Shown: positions 1 to 7,376 of the stretch, piece by piece
How the letters are laid out: every line of letters begins with the position of its first letter
Numbering within the stretch: the stretch's first letter is position 1
Assembly: GCA_000004985.1 (NCBI GenBank)
Contig: GG739142.1
Source: Naegleria gruberi
Taxonomy: Eukaryota
DNA length: 7,376 bases
Reading direction: 5' to 3' (one strand)
Translations under genes and position numbers: made by a program
The notes under the pieces: model-generated
The model's database searches: none
What the model was told of the DNA's origin: nothing
What the model saw: the letters and a program-made list of their open reading frames with translations, nothing else

Positions 1-968
1 ATGTGTCTTCCCATTTTTTTTATTAAATTAAATTCCGAAAGGATTGTTTACAACAATTAATCAGAATCAGAAGAACTATTTGAATTCTCTGTTGAAATTT
101 CCTCTCTAACTCTCTTCTAGCTGTTATTCTTTTCATTCTCCTTTGATACATCATGATCACCCTTCTTCGATTTCTTCCCAGGGATCTCTTCAACTACATT
201 TGCAGTGGATTCACCATTTGAATTCTCACCCTCCAATTTGCTTTAGCTTTAACAATCTAGTACTTGGCAAGCTTGCTCTTATTTCTCAATACTTTGCCCA
301 TTCATTCGATAATAATCTTGAATAATTAGCGGATCCGTCAAGCTCTGTTATTGGTTTCTTTAAAATTGATGTGCAAACATGTAAGATCTGAGCAGTTTTC
401 ACGGAAAGCTCACAAATTTCAACGTTAACACTATTACTTGATCGCCATGTTGAATAGTCAAGAGCGATAATTGGATGATATCTTGATTTTAGACTTTGGT
501 GTACCAGCTTGGTTATTATCTGAATCTGAATCCGAATCTGATCAGGGCATGAAATCAAAATCTCCAATTTTTAATCAAGATTGAAATGATTCCAGTTCTT
601 TATTGGGAGAAATTCGATCTCCTCTTCCTGAAACAAAAATATCCTTCATTTCTTCACAAATCTTATTCGCAGATTTAATATCTTGCTGAATTGGAACATA
701 TGTTGTTGAAAGAGTGAAAATGAGACCTTCTCCAAAAAGGCAGAATTCATTGCTAAGGGCCGTACAATCAACAGCATATAACTAGTTCACAGAAAATTTG
801 GAGTTGCCTTCTTTACGGAAACAAATCTTGCTAATCCTTTAACACCTGCAGAACAAGTTCAATAGAATCCATTACGTATTATGATAGGTGTCAATTATGT
901 GATCTTCTTGATCTGAATGAACCCTTAAACTCAGGACAATGTATTGCTGGGCACTATGTAGTGAGTAA
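1..968 (+). promoter_or_regulatory. Putative 5' flank / promoter region of the cyclase gene (no convincing CDS)
   Basis: No ATG-initiated ORF of convincing length or composition on either strand. All track ORFs here start at TTG/GTG and are low-complexity. There are pyrimidine-rich (CT) tracts at about 90-200 and a T8 run at 13-20, typical of yeast intergenic/promoter DNA. Stops in all three + frames within 30 nt of the mask edge, except one ATG-less open frame. Confidence 0.25.
520..545. repeat. Short hexamer microsatellite (GAATCY)x4
   Basis: ctgaatctgaatccgaatctgatcag: about 4 tandem copies of gaatct/gaatcc. Confidence 0.6.
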
Positions 969-970
969 GA

Positions 971-3900
971 NNNNNNNNNNNNNNNNNNNNNNNNNNNNNN
1001 NNNNNNNNNNNNNNNNNNNNNNNNNNNNNNNNNNNNNNNNNNNNNNNNNNNNNNNNNNNNNNNNNNNNNNNNNNNNNNNNNNNNNNNNNNNNNNNNNNNN
1101 NNNNNNNNNNNNNNNNNNNNNNNNNNNNNNNNNNNNNNNNNNNNNNNNNNNNNNNNNNNNNNNNNNNNNNNNNNNNNNNNNNNNNNNNNNNNNNNNNNNN
1201 NNNNNNNNNNNNNNNNNNNNNNNNNNNNNNNNNNNNNNNNNNNNNNNNNNNNNNNNNNNNNNNNNNNNNNNNNNNNNNNNNNNNNNNNNNNNNNNNNNNN
1301 NNNNNNNNNNNNNNNNNNNNNNNNNNNNNNNNNNNNNNNNNNNNNNNNNNNNNNNNNNNNNNNNNNNNNNNNNNNNNNNNNNNNNNNNNNNNNNNNNNNN
1401 NNNNNNNNNNNNNNNNNNNNNNNNNNNNNNNNNNNNNNNNNNNNNNNNNNNNNNNNNNNNNNNNNNNNNNNNNNNNNNNNNNNNNNNNNNNNNNNNNNNN
1501 NNNNNNNNNNNNNNNNNNNNNNNNNNNNNNNNNNNNNNNNNNNNNNNNNNNNNNNNNNNNNNNNNNNNNNNNNNNNNNNNNNNNNNNNNNNNNNNNNNNN
1601 NNNNNNNNNNNNNNNNNNNNNNNNNNNNNNNNNNNNNNNNNNNNNNNNNNNNNNNNNNNNNNNNNNNNNNNNNNNNNNNNNNNNNNNNNNNNNNNNNNNN
1701 NNNNNNNNNNNNNNNNNNNNNNNNNNNNNNNNNNNNNNNNNNNNNNNNNNNNNNNNNNNNNNNNNNNNNNNNNNNNNNNNNNNNNNNNNNNNNNNNNNNN
1801 NNNNNNNNNNNNNNNNNNNNNNNNNNNNNNNNNNNNNNNNNNNNNNNNNNNNNNNNNNNNNNNNNNNNNNNNNNNNNNNNNNNNNNNNNNNNNNNNNNNN
1901 NNNNNNNNNNNNNNNNNNNNNNNNNNNNNNNNNNNNNNNNNNNNNNNNNNNNNNNNNNNNNNNNNNNNNNNNNNNNNNNNNNNNNNNNNNNNNNNNNNNN
2001 NNNNNNNNNNNNNNNNNNNNNNNNNNNNNNNNNNNNNNNNNNNNNNNNNNNNNNNNNNNNNNNNNNNNNNNNNNNNNNNNNNNNNNNNNNNNNNNNNNNN
2101 NNNNNNNNNNNNNNNNNNNNNNNNNNNNNNNNNNNNNNNNNNNNNNNNNNNNNNNNNNNNNNNNNNNNNNNNNNNNNNNNNNNNNNNNNNNNNNNNNNNN
2201 NNNNNNNNNNNNNNNNNNNNNNNNNNNNNNNNNNNNNNNNNNNNNNNNNNNNNNNNNNNNNNNNNNNNNNNNNNNNNNNNNNNNNNNNNNNNNNNNNNNN
2301 NNNNNNNNNNNNNNNNNNNNNNNNNNNNNNNNNNNNNNNNNNNNNNNNNNNNNNNNNNNNNNNNNNNNNNNNNNNNNNNNNNNNNNNNNNNNNNNNNNNN
2401 NNNNNNNNNNNNNNNNNNNNNNNNNNNNNNNNNNNNNNNNNNNNNNNNNNNNNNNNNNNNNNNNNNNNNNNNNNNNNNNNNNNNNNNNNNNNNNNNNNNN
2501 NNNNNNNNNNNNNNNNNNNNNNNNNNNNNNNNNNNNNNNNNNNNNNNNNNNNNNNNNNNNNNNNNNNNNNNNNNNNNNNNNNNNNNNNNNNNNNNNNNNN
2601 NNNNNNNNNNNNNNNNNNNNNNNNNNNNNNNNNNNNNNNNNNNNNNNNNNNNNNNNNNNNNNNNNNNNNNNNNNNNNNNNNNNNNNNNNNNNNNNNNNNN
2701 NNNNNNNNNNNNNNNNNNNNNNNNNNNNNNNNNNNNNNNNNNNNNNNNNNNNNNNNNNNNNNNNNNNNNNNNNNNNNNNNNNNNNNNNNNNNNNNNNNNN
2801 NNNNNNNNNNNNNNNNNNNNNNNNNNNNNNNNNNNNNNNNNNNNNNNNNNNNNNNNNNNNNNNNNNNNNNNNNNNNNNNNNNNNNNNNNNNNNNNNNNNN
2901 NNNNNNNNNNNNNNNNNNNNNNNNNNNNNNNNNNNNNNNNNNNNNNNNNNNNNNNNNNNNNNNNNNNNNNNNNNNNNNNNNNNNNNNNNNNNNNNNNNNN
3001 NNNNNNNNNNNNNNNNNNNNNNNNNNNNNNNNNNNNNNNNNNNNNNNNNNNNNNNNNNNNNNNNNNNNNNNNNNNNNNNNNNNNNNNNNNNNNNNNNNNN
3101 NNNNNNNNNNNNNNNNNNNNNNNNNNNNNNNNNNNNNNNNNNNNNNNNNNNNNNNNNNNNNNNNNNNNNNNNNNNNNNNNNNNNNNNNNNNNNNNNNNNN
3201 NNNNNNNNNNNNNNNNNNNNNNNNNNNNNNNNNNNNNNNNNNNNNNNNNNNNNNNNNNNNNNNNNNNNNNNNNNNNNNNNNNNNNNNNNNNNNNNNNNNN
3301 NNNNNNNNNNNNNNNNNNNNNNNNNNNNNNNNNNNNNNNNNNNNNNNNNNNNNNNNNNNNNNNNNNNNNNNNNNNNNNNNNNNNNNNNNNNNNNNNNNNN
3401 NNNNNNNNNNNNNNNNNNNNNNNNNNNNNNNNNNNNNNNNNNNNNNNNNNNNNNNNNNNNNNNNNNNNNNNNNNNNNNNNNNNNNNNNNNNNNNNNNNNN
3501 NNNNNNNNNNNNNNNNNNNNNNNNNNNNNNNNNNNNNNNNNNNNNNNNNNNNNNNNNNNNNNNNNNNNNNNNNNNNNNNNNNNNNNNNNNNNNNNNNNNN
3601 NNNNNNNNNNNNNNNNNNNNNNNNNNNNNNNNNNNNNNNNNNNNNNNNNNNNNNNNNNNNNNNNNNNNNNNNNNNNNNNNNNNNNNNNNNNNNNNNNNNN
3701 NNNNNNNNNNNNNNNNNNNNNNNNNNNNNNNNNNNNNNNNNNNNNNNNNNNNNNNNNNNNNNNNNNNNNNNNNNNNNNNNNNNNNNNNNNNNNNNNNNNN
3801 NNNNNNNNNNNNNNNNNNNNNNNNNNNNNNNNNNNNNNNNNNNNNNNNNNNNNNNNNNNNNNNNNNNNNNNNNNNNNNNNNNNNNNNNNNNNNNNNNNNN

Positions 3901-5821
3901 NNNNNNNNNNNNNNNNNNNNNNNNNNNNNNNNNNNNNNNNNNNNNNNNNNNNNNNNNNNNNNNNNNNNNNNNNNNNNNNNNNNNNNNNNNNNNNNNNNNN
4001 NNNNNNNNNNNNNNNNNNNNNNNNNNNNNNNNNNNNNNNNNNNNNNNNNNNNNNNNNNNNNNNNNNNNNNNNNNNNNNNNNNNNNNNNNNNNNNNNNNNN
4101 NNNNNNNNNNNNNNNNNNNNNNNNNNNNNNNNNNNNNNNNNNNNNNNNNNNNNNNNNNNNNNNNNNNNNNNNNNNNNNNNNNNNNNNNNNNNNNNNNNNN
4201 NNNNNNNNNNNNNNNNNNNNNNNNNNNNNNNNNNNNNNNNNNNNNNNNNNNNNNNNNNNNNNNNNNNNNNNNNNNNNNNNNNNNNNNNNNNNNNNNNNNN
4301 NNNNNNNNNNNNNNNNNNNNNNNNNNNNNNNNNNNNNNNNNNNNNNNNNNNNNNNNNNNNNNNNNNNNNNNNNNNNNNNNNNNNNNNNNNNNNNNNNNNN
4401 NNNNNNNNNNNNNNNNNNNNNNNNNNNNNNNNNNNNNNNNNNNNNNNNNNNNNNNNNNNNNNNNNNNNNNNNNNNNNNNNNNNNNNNNNNNNNNNNNNNN
4501 NNNNNNNNNNNNNNNNNNNNNNNNNNNNNNNNNNNNNNNNNNNNNNNNNNNNNNNNNNNNNNNNNNNNNNNNNNNNNNNNNNNNNNNNNNNNNNNNNNNN
4601 NNNNNNNNNNNNNNNNNNNNNNNNNNNNNNNNNNNNNNNNNNNNNNNNNNNNNNNNNNNNNNNNNNNNNNNNNNNNNNNNNNNNNNNNNNNNNNNNNNNN
4701 NNNNNNNNNNNNNNNNNNNNNNNNNNNNNNNNNNNNNNNNNNNNNNNNNNNNNNNNNNNNNNNNNNNNNNNNNNNNNNNNNNNNNNNNNNNNNNNNNNNN
4801 NNNNNNNNNNNNNNNNNNNNNNNNNNNNNNNNNNNNNNNNNNNNNNNNNNNNNNNNNNNNNNNNNNNNNNNNNNNNNNNNNNNNNNNNNNNNNNNNNNNN
4901 NNNNNNNNNNNNNNNNNNNNNNNNNNNNNNNNNNNNNNNNNNNNNNNNNNNNNNNNNNNNNNNNNNNNNNNNNNNNNNNNNNNNNNNNNNNNNNNNNNNN
5001 NNNNNNNNNNNNNNNNNNNNNNNNNNNNNNNNNNNNNNNNNNNNNNNNNNNNNNNNNNNNNNNNNNNNNNNNNNNNNNNNNNNNNNNNNNNNNNNNNNNN
5101 NNNNNNNNNNNNNNNNNNNNNNNNNNNNNNNNNNNNNNNNNNNNNNNNNNNNNNNNNNNNNNNNNNNNNNNNNNNNNNNNNNNNNNNNNNNNNNNNNNNN
5201 NNNNNNNNNNNNNNNNNNNNNNNNNNNNNNNNNNNNNNNNNNNNNNNNNNNNNNNNNNNNNNNNNNNNNNNNNNNNNNNNNNNNNNNNNNNNNNNNNNNN
5301 NNNNNNNNNNNNNNNNNNNNNNNNNNNNNNNNNNNNNNNNNNNNNNNNNNNNNNNNNNNNNNNNNNNNNNNNNNNNNNNNNNNNNNNNNNNNNNNNNNNN
5401 NNNNNNNNNNNNNNNNNNNNNNNNNNNNNNNNNNNNNNNNNNNNNNNNNNNNNNNNNNNNNNNNNNNNNNNNNNNNNNNNNNNNNNNNNNNNNNNNNNNN
5501 NNNNNNNNNNNNNNNNNNNNNNNNNNNNNNNNNNNNNNNNNNNNNNNNNNNNNNNNNNNNNNNNNNNNNNNNNNNNNNNNNNNNNNNNNNNNNNNNNNNN
5601 NNNNNNNNNNNNNNNNNNNNNNNNNNNNNNNNNNNNNNNNNNNNNNNNNNNNNNNNNNNNNNNNNNNNNNNNNNNNNNNNNNNNNNNNNNNNNNNNNNNN
5701 NNNNNNNNNNNNNNNNNNNNNNNNNNNNNNNNNNNNNNNNNNNNNNNNNNNNNNNNNNNNNNNNNNNNNNNNNNNNNNNNNNNNNNNNNNNNNNNNNNNN
5801 NNNNNNNNNNNNNNNNNNNNN
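971..5821. other. Hard-masked or gap run of 4851 N; content unreadable
   Basis: Continuous n from 971 to 5821. The two huge ORFs through it in the six-frame track (961..5928 + and 931..5829 -) are artefacts of N translated as X. Confidence 0.99.
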
Positions 5822-6164
5822 AGCTTCAAGAATGGAATCTAATTCAATTCCAGGAAGAATTCAAATTTCCAGATCAACCTACGAAAGAGTTTATGATTTG
5901 GGTTTCACTTTTGAAGAAAGACATTTAAATGTGAAAGGAAAAGGTGAATGTATTGCTTACATGTTGCATGAGAAACATCACACTCCAGCTCTTGTTCCAT
6001 CCTTCACTGACATGTTGAGAACAAGTTTAAACATTTTACAAAAGAAAAATTCTGCAAATCTTGAAACATTGAATGAACCCAAAACACCAACAAGAAACAA
6101 TGATAATATTACCTTGACAATCAATCAAGAAGCCTACCTATCTCCAAATAATACTTTGGAGTAA
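971..6164 (+). CDS. Inferred full extent of the same cyclase gene if the masked block is colinear and intronless. The start codon is not visible and may lie anywhere inside 971-5821.
   Basis: In the cyclase codon phase (codon starts at positions divisible by 3) there is an in-frame TAA at 966-968 immediately before the mask, so the start must lie inside the mask. The mask length of 4851 is 3 x 1617. The maximum size of about 1730 codons fits fungal adenylate cyclases (about 1700-2000 aa). This is pure inference across unreadable sequence. Confidence 0.3.
5822..6164 (+). CDS. C-terminal end of a class III nucleotidyl (adenylyl/guanylyl) cyclase catalytic domain, 5'-partial; the reading frame continues upstream into the masked run (probable fungal CYR1-like adenylate cyclase)
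   Basis: Translating from 5823 in the phase of the ATG at 5832 gives ASRMESNSIPGRIQISRSTYERVYDLGFTFEERHLNVKGKGECIAYMLHEKHH... This matches the conserved end of cyclase homology domains (..GDTVNTASRMES.G.PG.IQVS..T...L......RG...VKGKG.M.TY.L). The frame is open back to the first unmasked base; the M at 5832 is the internal Met of the ASRMES motif, not a start. TAA stop at 6162-6164. Yeast-like codon usage. Confidence 0.85.
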
Positions 6165-6220
6165 TTTATTTTGAGCTCTGTTATGAAGCCTACCTATCTC
6201 CAAATAATACTTTGGAGTAA
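6129..6220 (+). repeat. Perfect 36-bp direct repeat (two copies, 6129-6164 and 6185-6220) duplicating the last 11 codons and stop codon of the cyclase gene into its 3' UTR
   Basis: gaagcctacctatctccaaataatactttggagtaa occurs identically at 6129-6164 and 6185-6220, separated by the 20-bp spacer tttattttgagctctgttat. The flanking bases differ on both sides (a vs t upstream, ttt vs atg downstream). Confidence 0.9.
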
Positions 6221-6339
6221 ATGTTATGAACAAAGTTGAGAATCTCTCCAATAAATAGGCTGCAAATGTCTAATTGGAGCTAGCTCAAATAATAGATTAA
6301 TCATTTTTACACGAAGTAAATAAATTAGGTTTATTTAAA
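6165..6339. terminator. AT-rich convergent 3' region shared by the cyclase (+) and alpha-adaptin (-) genes; presumed 3' UTRs and polyadenylation/termination signals for both
   Basis: Only 175 bp separate the two convergent stop codons. It contains AATAAA-like and TA-rich elements on both strands (+: ccaataaatagg at about 6247-6258, tattttgag; -: aataaa as the reverse complement of tttatt at about 6322-6327, tattta). Yeast-type positioning and efficiency elements are only inferred. Confidence 0.4.
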
Positions 6340-7376
6340 TTATTGGGAGGTGAGTTCTTGTAAGATGTAATTGAAAACTTGTTGAGCAATAGTGGCATCT
6401 TGAGCCTTGACAGTTAATCTGTAAGCTTGCTTTGGAGCATTGTATTCAAGACGTAATAAAACGTTAACCTTACCAACAGGATCATAGAAGAAAGAACCAG
6501 CAGCAACAATATTACTTGGATTGTCAATACCAGTCAAAATGGCCAAACGGAAACCTTCAGACAAAACCTTAGCACAGGCATTTACATCAGAATATACAGG
6601 AGTGCATGGGAAAATCTTTTGGACTTCTTGTTCCTTTCCAATTGCGTGCCATTGTTTAAAGAAGTTTTCAGCACCTTGGATGACCAATGGTTCAACAAAC
6701 TTGTGTGGAACGATTGGCAACTTGATGTTGAATCTGTAATATCTACGATTAGCTTCAAAGTACAAATCCAAATCAGTCAATTGGCTGAATGGGCCCTTAG
6801 CAACCAAGTCAACATATTGTTGGACTTGAGTCTTTGGTGAAATCATTGGTGGAACCTTGGAAATTTGAGCTTCCAATTCCTTTGGAACGAGAATGTGAAC
6901 CTTGAATTGAGTCAATGGATTAGTAGTCTTGTTACCATAGAGGAGAATAAGTCTACCCTTACATCCGTGATATTCAGTCTTAATCTTGACTTGCAAATGT
7001 TCATCTTCAATGGCAACACCTTCGTTAGACTTGAGCAAAACTTGATGCTTAACAGCAGCGTCTTGATGGACTTGTTCGTTTTGTTCAAGAGCATTATCTC
7101 TGTTAGCAACTACAACATCATCAAAGTTGAATCCGGTAGTATCTCTTTGTTCCTTCTTTTGCTTACCCATGTTGGCAGCTTGAGCAGCAATGTTAACACC
7201 TCCTCCAAAGAAATCACCAACATTGTTTTGTGGTGGTTGTTGAACAGGTGGTTGAGTAACTGGTCCACCAAATCCTCCCAAAATATCGTCCATGCTCAAA
7301 CCTCCTCCATTATTAGTTGGTTGTGGTTGAGAAACTGGTCCACCANNAATCCTCCCAAAATGTCATCCATACTAAT
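6340..7376 (-). CDS. AP-2 complex alpha-adaptin large subunit (yeast APL3 / AP2A orthologue), C-terminal hinge plus alpha-appendage (ear) domain; 5'-partial, continues beyond window end
   Basis: The translation has segments that align with the mammalian alpha-adaptin appendage. ...YHGCKGRLILLYGNKTTNPLTQF... aligns with [20 protein letters not shown]. ...IKLPIVPHKFVEPLVIQGAENFFKQWHAIGKEQEVQKIF... aligns with [39 protein letters not shown]. ...LLRLEYNAPKQAYRLTVKAQDATIAQQVFNYILQELTSQ* aligns with [36 protein letters not shown]. It is preceded by a Q/P/G-rich low-complexity hinge. TAA stop at 6340-6342. The frame is open to the window end once the 2-N ambiguity at 7346-7347 is ignored. The M that the ORF track places at 7299 is really a TTG (Leu) codon internal to the hinge. 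Confidence 0.85.
7250..7376 (-). repeat. Imperfect in-frame tandem repeat of about 75 nt (25 codons) inside the adaptin hinge, encoding repeated SMDDILGGFGGPV(T/S)QP motifs
   Basis: On the + strand, ggttgagtaactggtccaccaaatcctcccaaaatatcgtccatgct (7250-7296) nearly repeats as ggttgagaaactggtccaccaNNaatcctcccaaaatgtcatccatact (7325-7373). Read on the minus strand this gives ..LSMDDILGGFGGPVTQP.. and ..ISMDDILGGF[nn]GGPVSQP.. Confidence 0.7.

Noticed and set aside
143-325. 60-aa + ORF MIHHDHPSSISSQGSLQLHL...
   Set aside because: Low-complexity translation of a CT-rich tract, short, with no homology signal or codon bias; most likely promoter DNA.
286-567. 93-aa - ORF MEILISCPDQIRIQIQII...
   Set aside because: Its M is a TTG codon immediately after an in-frame TAA. 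It contains the translated hexamer microsatellite (RIQIQII) and has no ATG start. Judged spurious.
961-966. GTGAGT at the mask edge as an intron 5' splice site
   Set aside because: Budding-yeast introns use GTATGT almost exclusively and large yeast genes are usually intronless. It is a single hexamer, so it is kept only as a caveat, not a feature.
5832-5834. ATG at 5832 as the start of a small 110-aa protein
   Set aside because: This Met is the conserved M of the cyclase ASRMES motif. The frame is open upstream to the mask, so it is an internal residue, not an initiation codon.
961-5928. 1655-aa + strand ORF and the overlapping 1632-aa - strand ORF (931..5829) in the six-frame track
   Set aside because: Both consist almost entirely of X from translating the N run. 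Their ends are a GTG start and a TTG start chosen by the ORF caller and are not in the cyclase frame. They are masking artefacts, not genes.
5822-6178. Restriction-site hexamers (AAGCTT at the mask edge 5822-5827, GAGCTC in the spacer between the 36-bp repeats, GGATCC at 331-336, several GAATTC) as cloning or engineering scars
   Set aside because: Individual 6-mers are expected by chance at this length and base composition. There is no vector-like sequence or linker. Mentioned only as a very weak possibility for the 3'-end duplication.
6521-6840. Two + strand ORFs (6521..6739, 6619..6840) and one - strand ORF (6912..7109) inside the adaptin gene
   Set aside because: These are shadow ORFs in alternative frames or the antisense of a strongly supported CDS. 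Their translations are Ser/Leu/Cys-rich nonsense typical of antisense frames.
1-7376. Prokaryotic-type features (CRISPR arrays, operons, defence islands, IS elements, tRNA/rRNA)
   Set aside because: None are visible. The codon usage, TAA stops after conserved eukaryotic C-termini, adaptin and cyclase genes, and AT-rich spacers all indicate ordinary eukaryotic (yeast-like) chromosomal DNA.

Overview
This looks like eukaryotic nuclear DNA, probably from a budding yeast (Saccharomycetes). Both visible genes end at TAA and show strong yeast-type codon bias (TTG/AGA/GGT/CCA/CAA/AAG, no CTG codons), and the intergenic DNA is AT-rich. Only about 2.5 kb is readable, because positions 971-5821 (4851 nt) are a hard-masked run of N. 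There are two clear protein-coding genes in convergent orientation. (1) On the + strand, the last ~114 codons of a class III nucleotidyl cyclase run out of the masked block and stop at 6162-6164. The classic ...ASRMES...PGRIQIS...VKGKGE..Y.L catalytic-domain ending identifies it, and the rest of this gene is almost certainly what is hidden under the mask (fungal CYR1-like adenylate cyclase is the best guess). (2) On the - strand, the C-terminal part of AP-2 alpha-adaptin (yeast APL3-type) lies at 6340-7376. It comprises a low-complexity hinge with a repeated SMDDILGGFGGPV(T/S)QP motif followed by the alpha-appendage (sandwich + platform) domain, and it continues past the window end. Other observations: a perfect 36-bp direct duplication of the cyclase 3' end including its stop codon, a 2-N ambiguity inside the adaptin hinge repeat that breaks the frame, a 175-bp convergent terminator region, and a roughly 960-bp 5' flank with no convincing gene. 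I see no prokaryotic-style system, RNA gene or mobile element in the visible sequence; whatever is unusual here would be in the masked block, which I cannot read.
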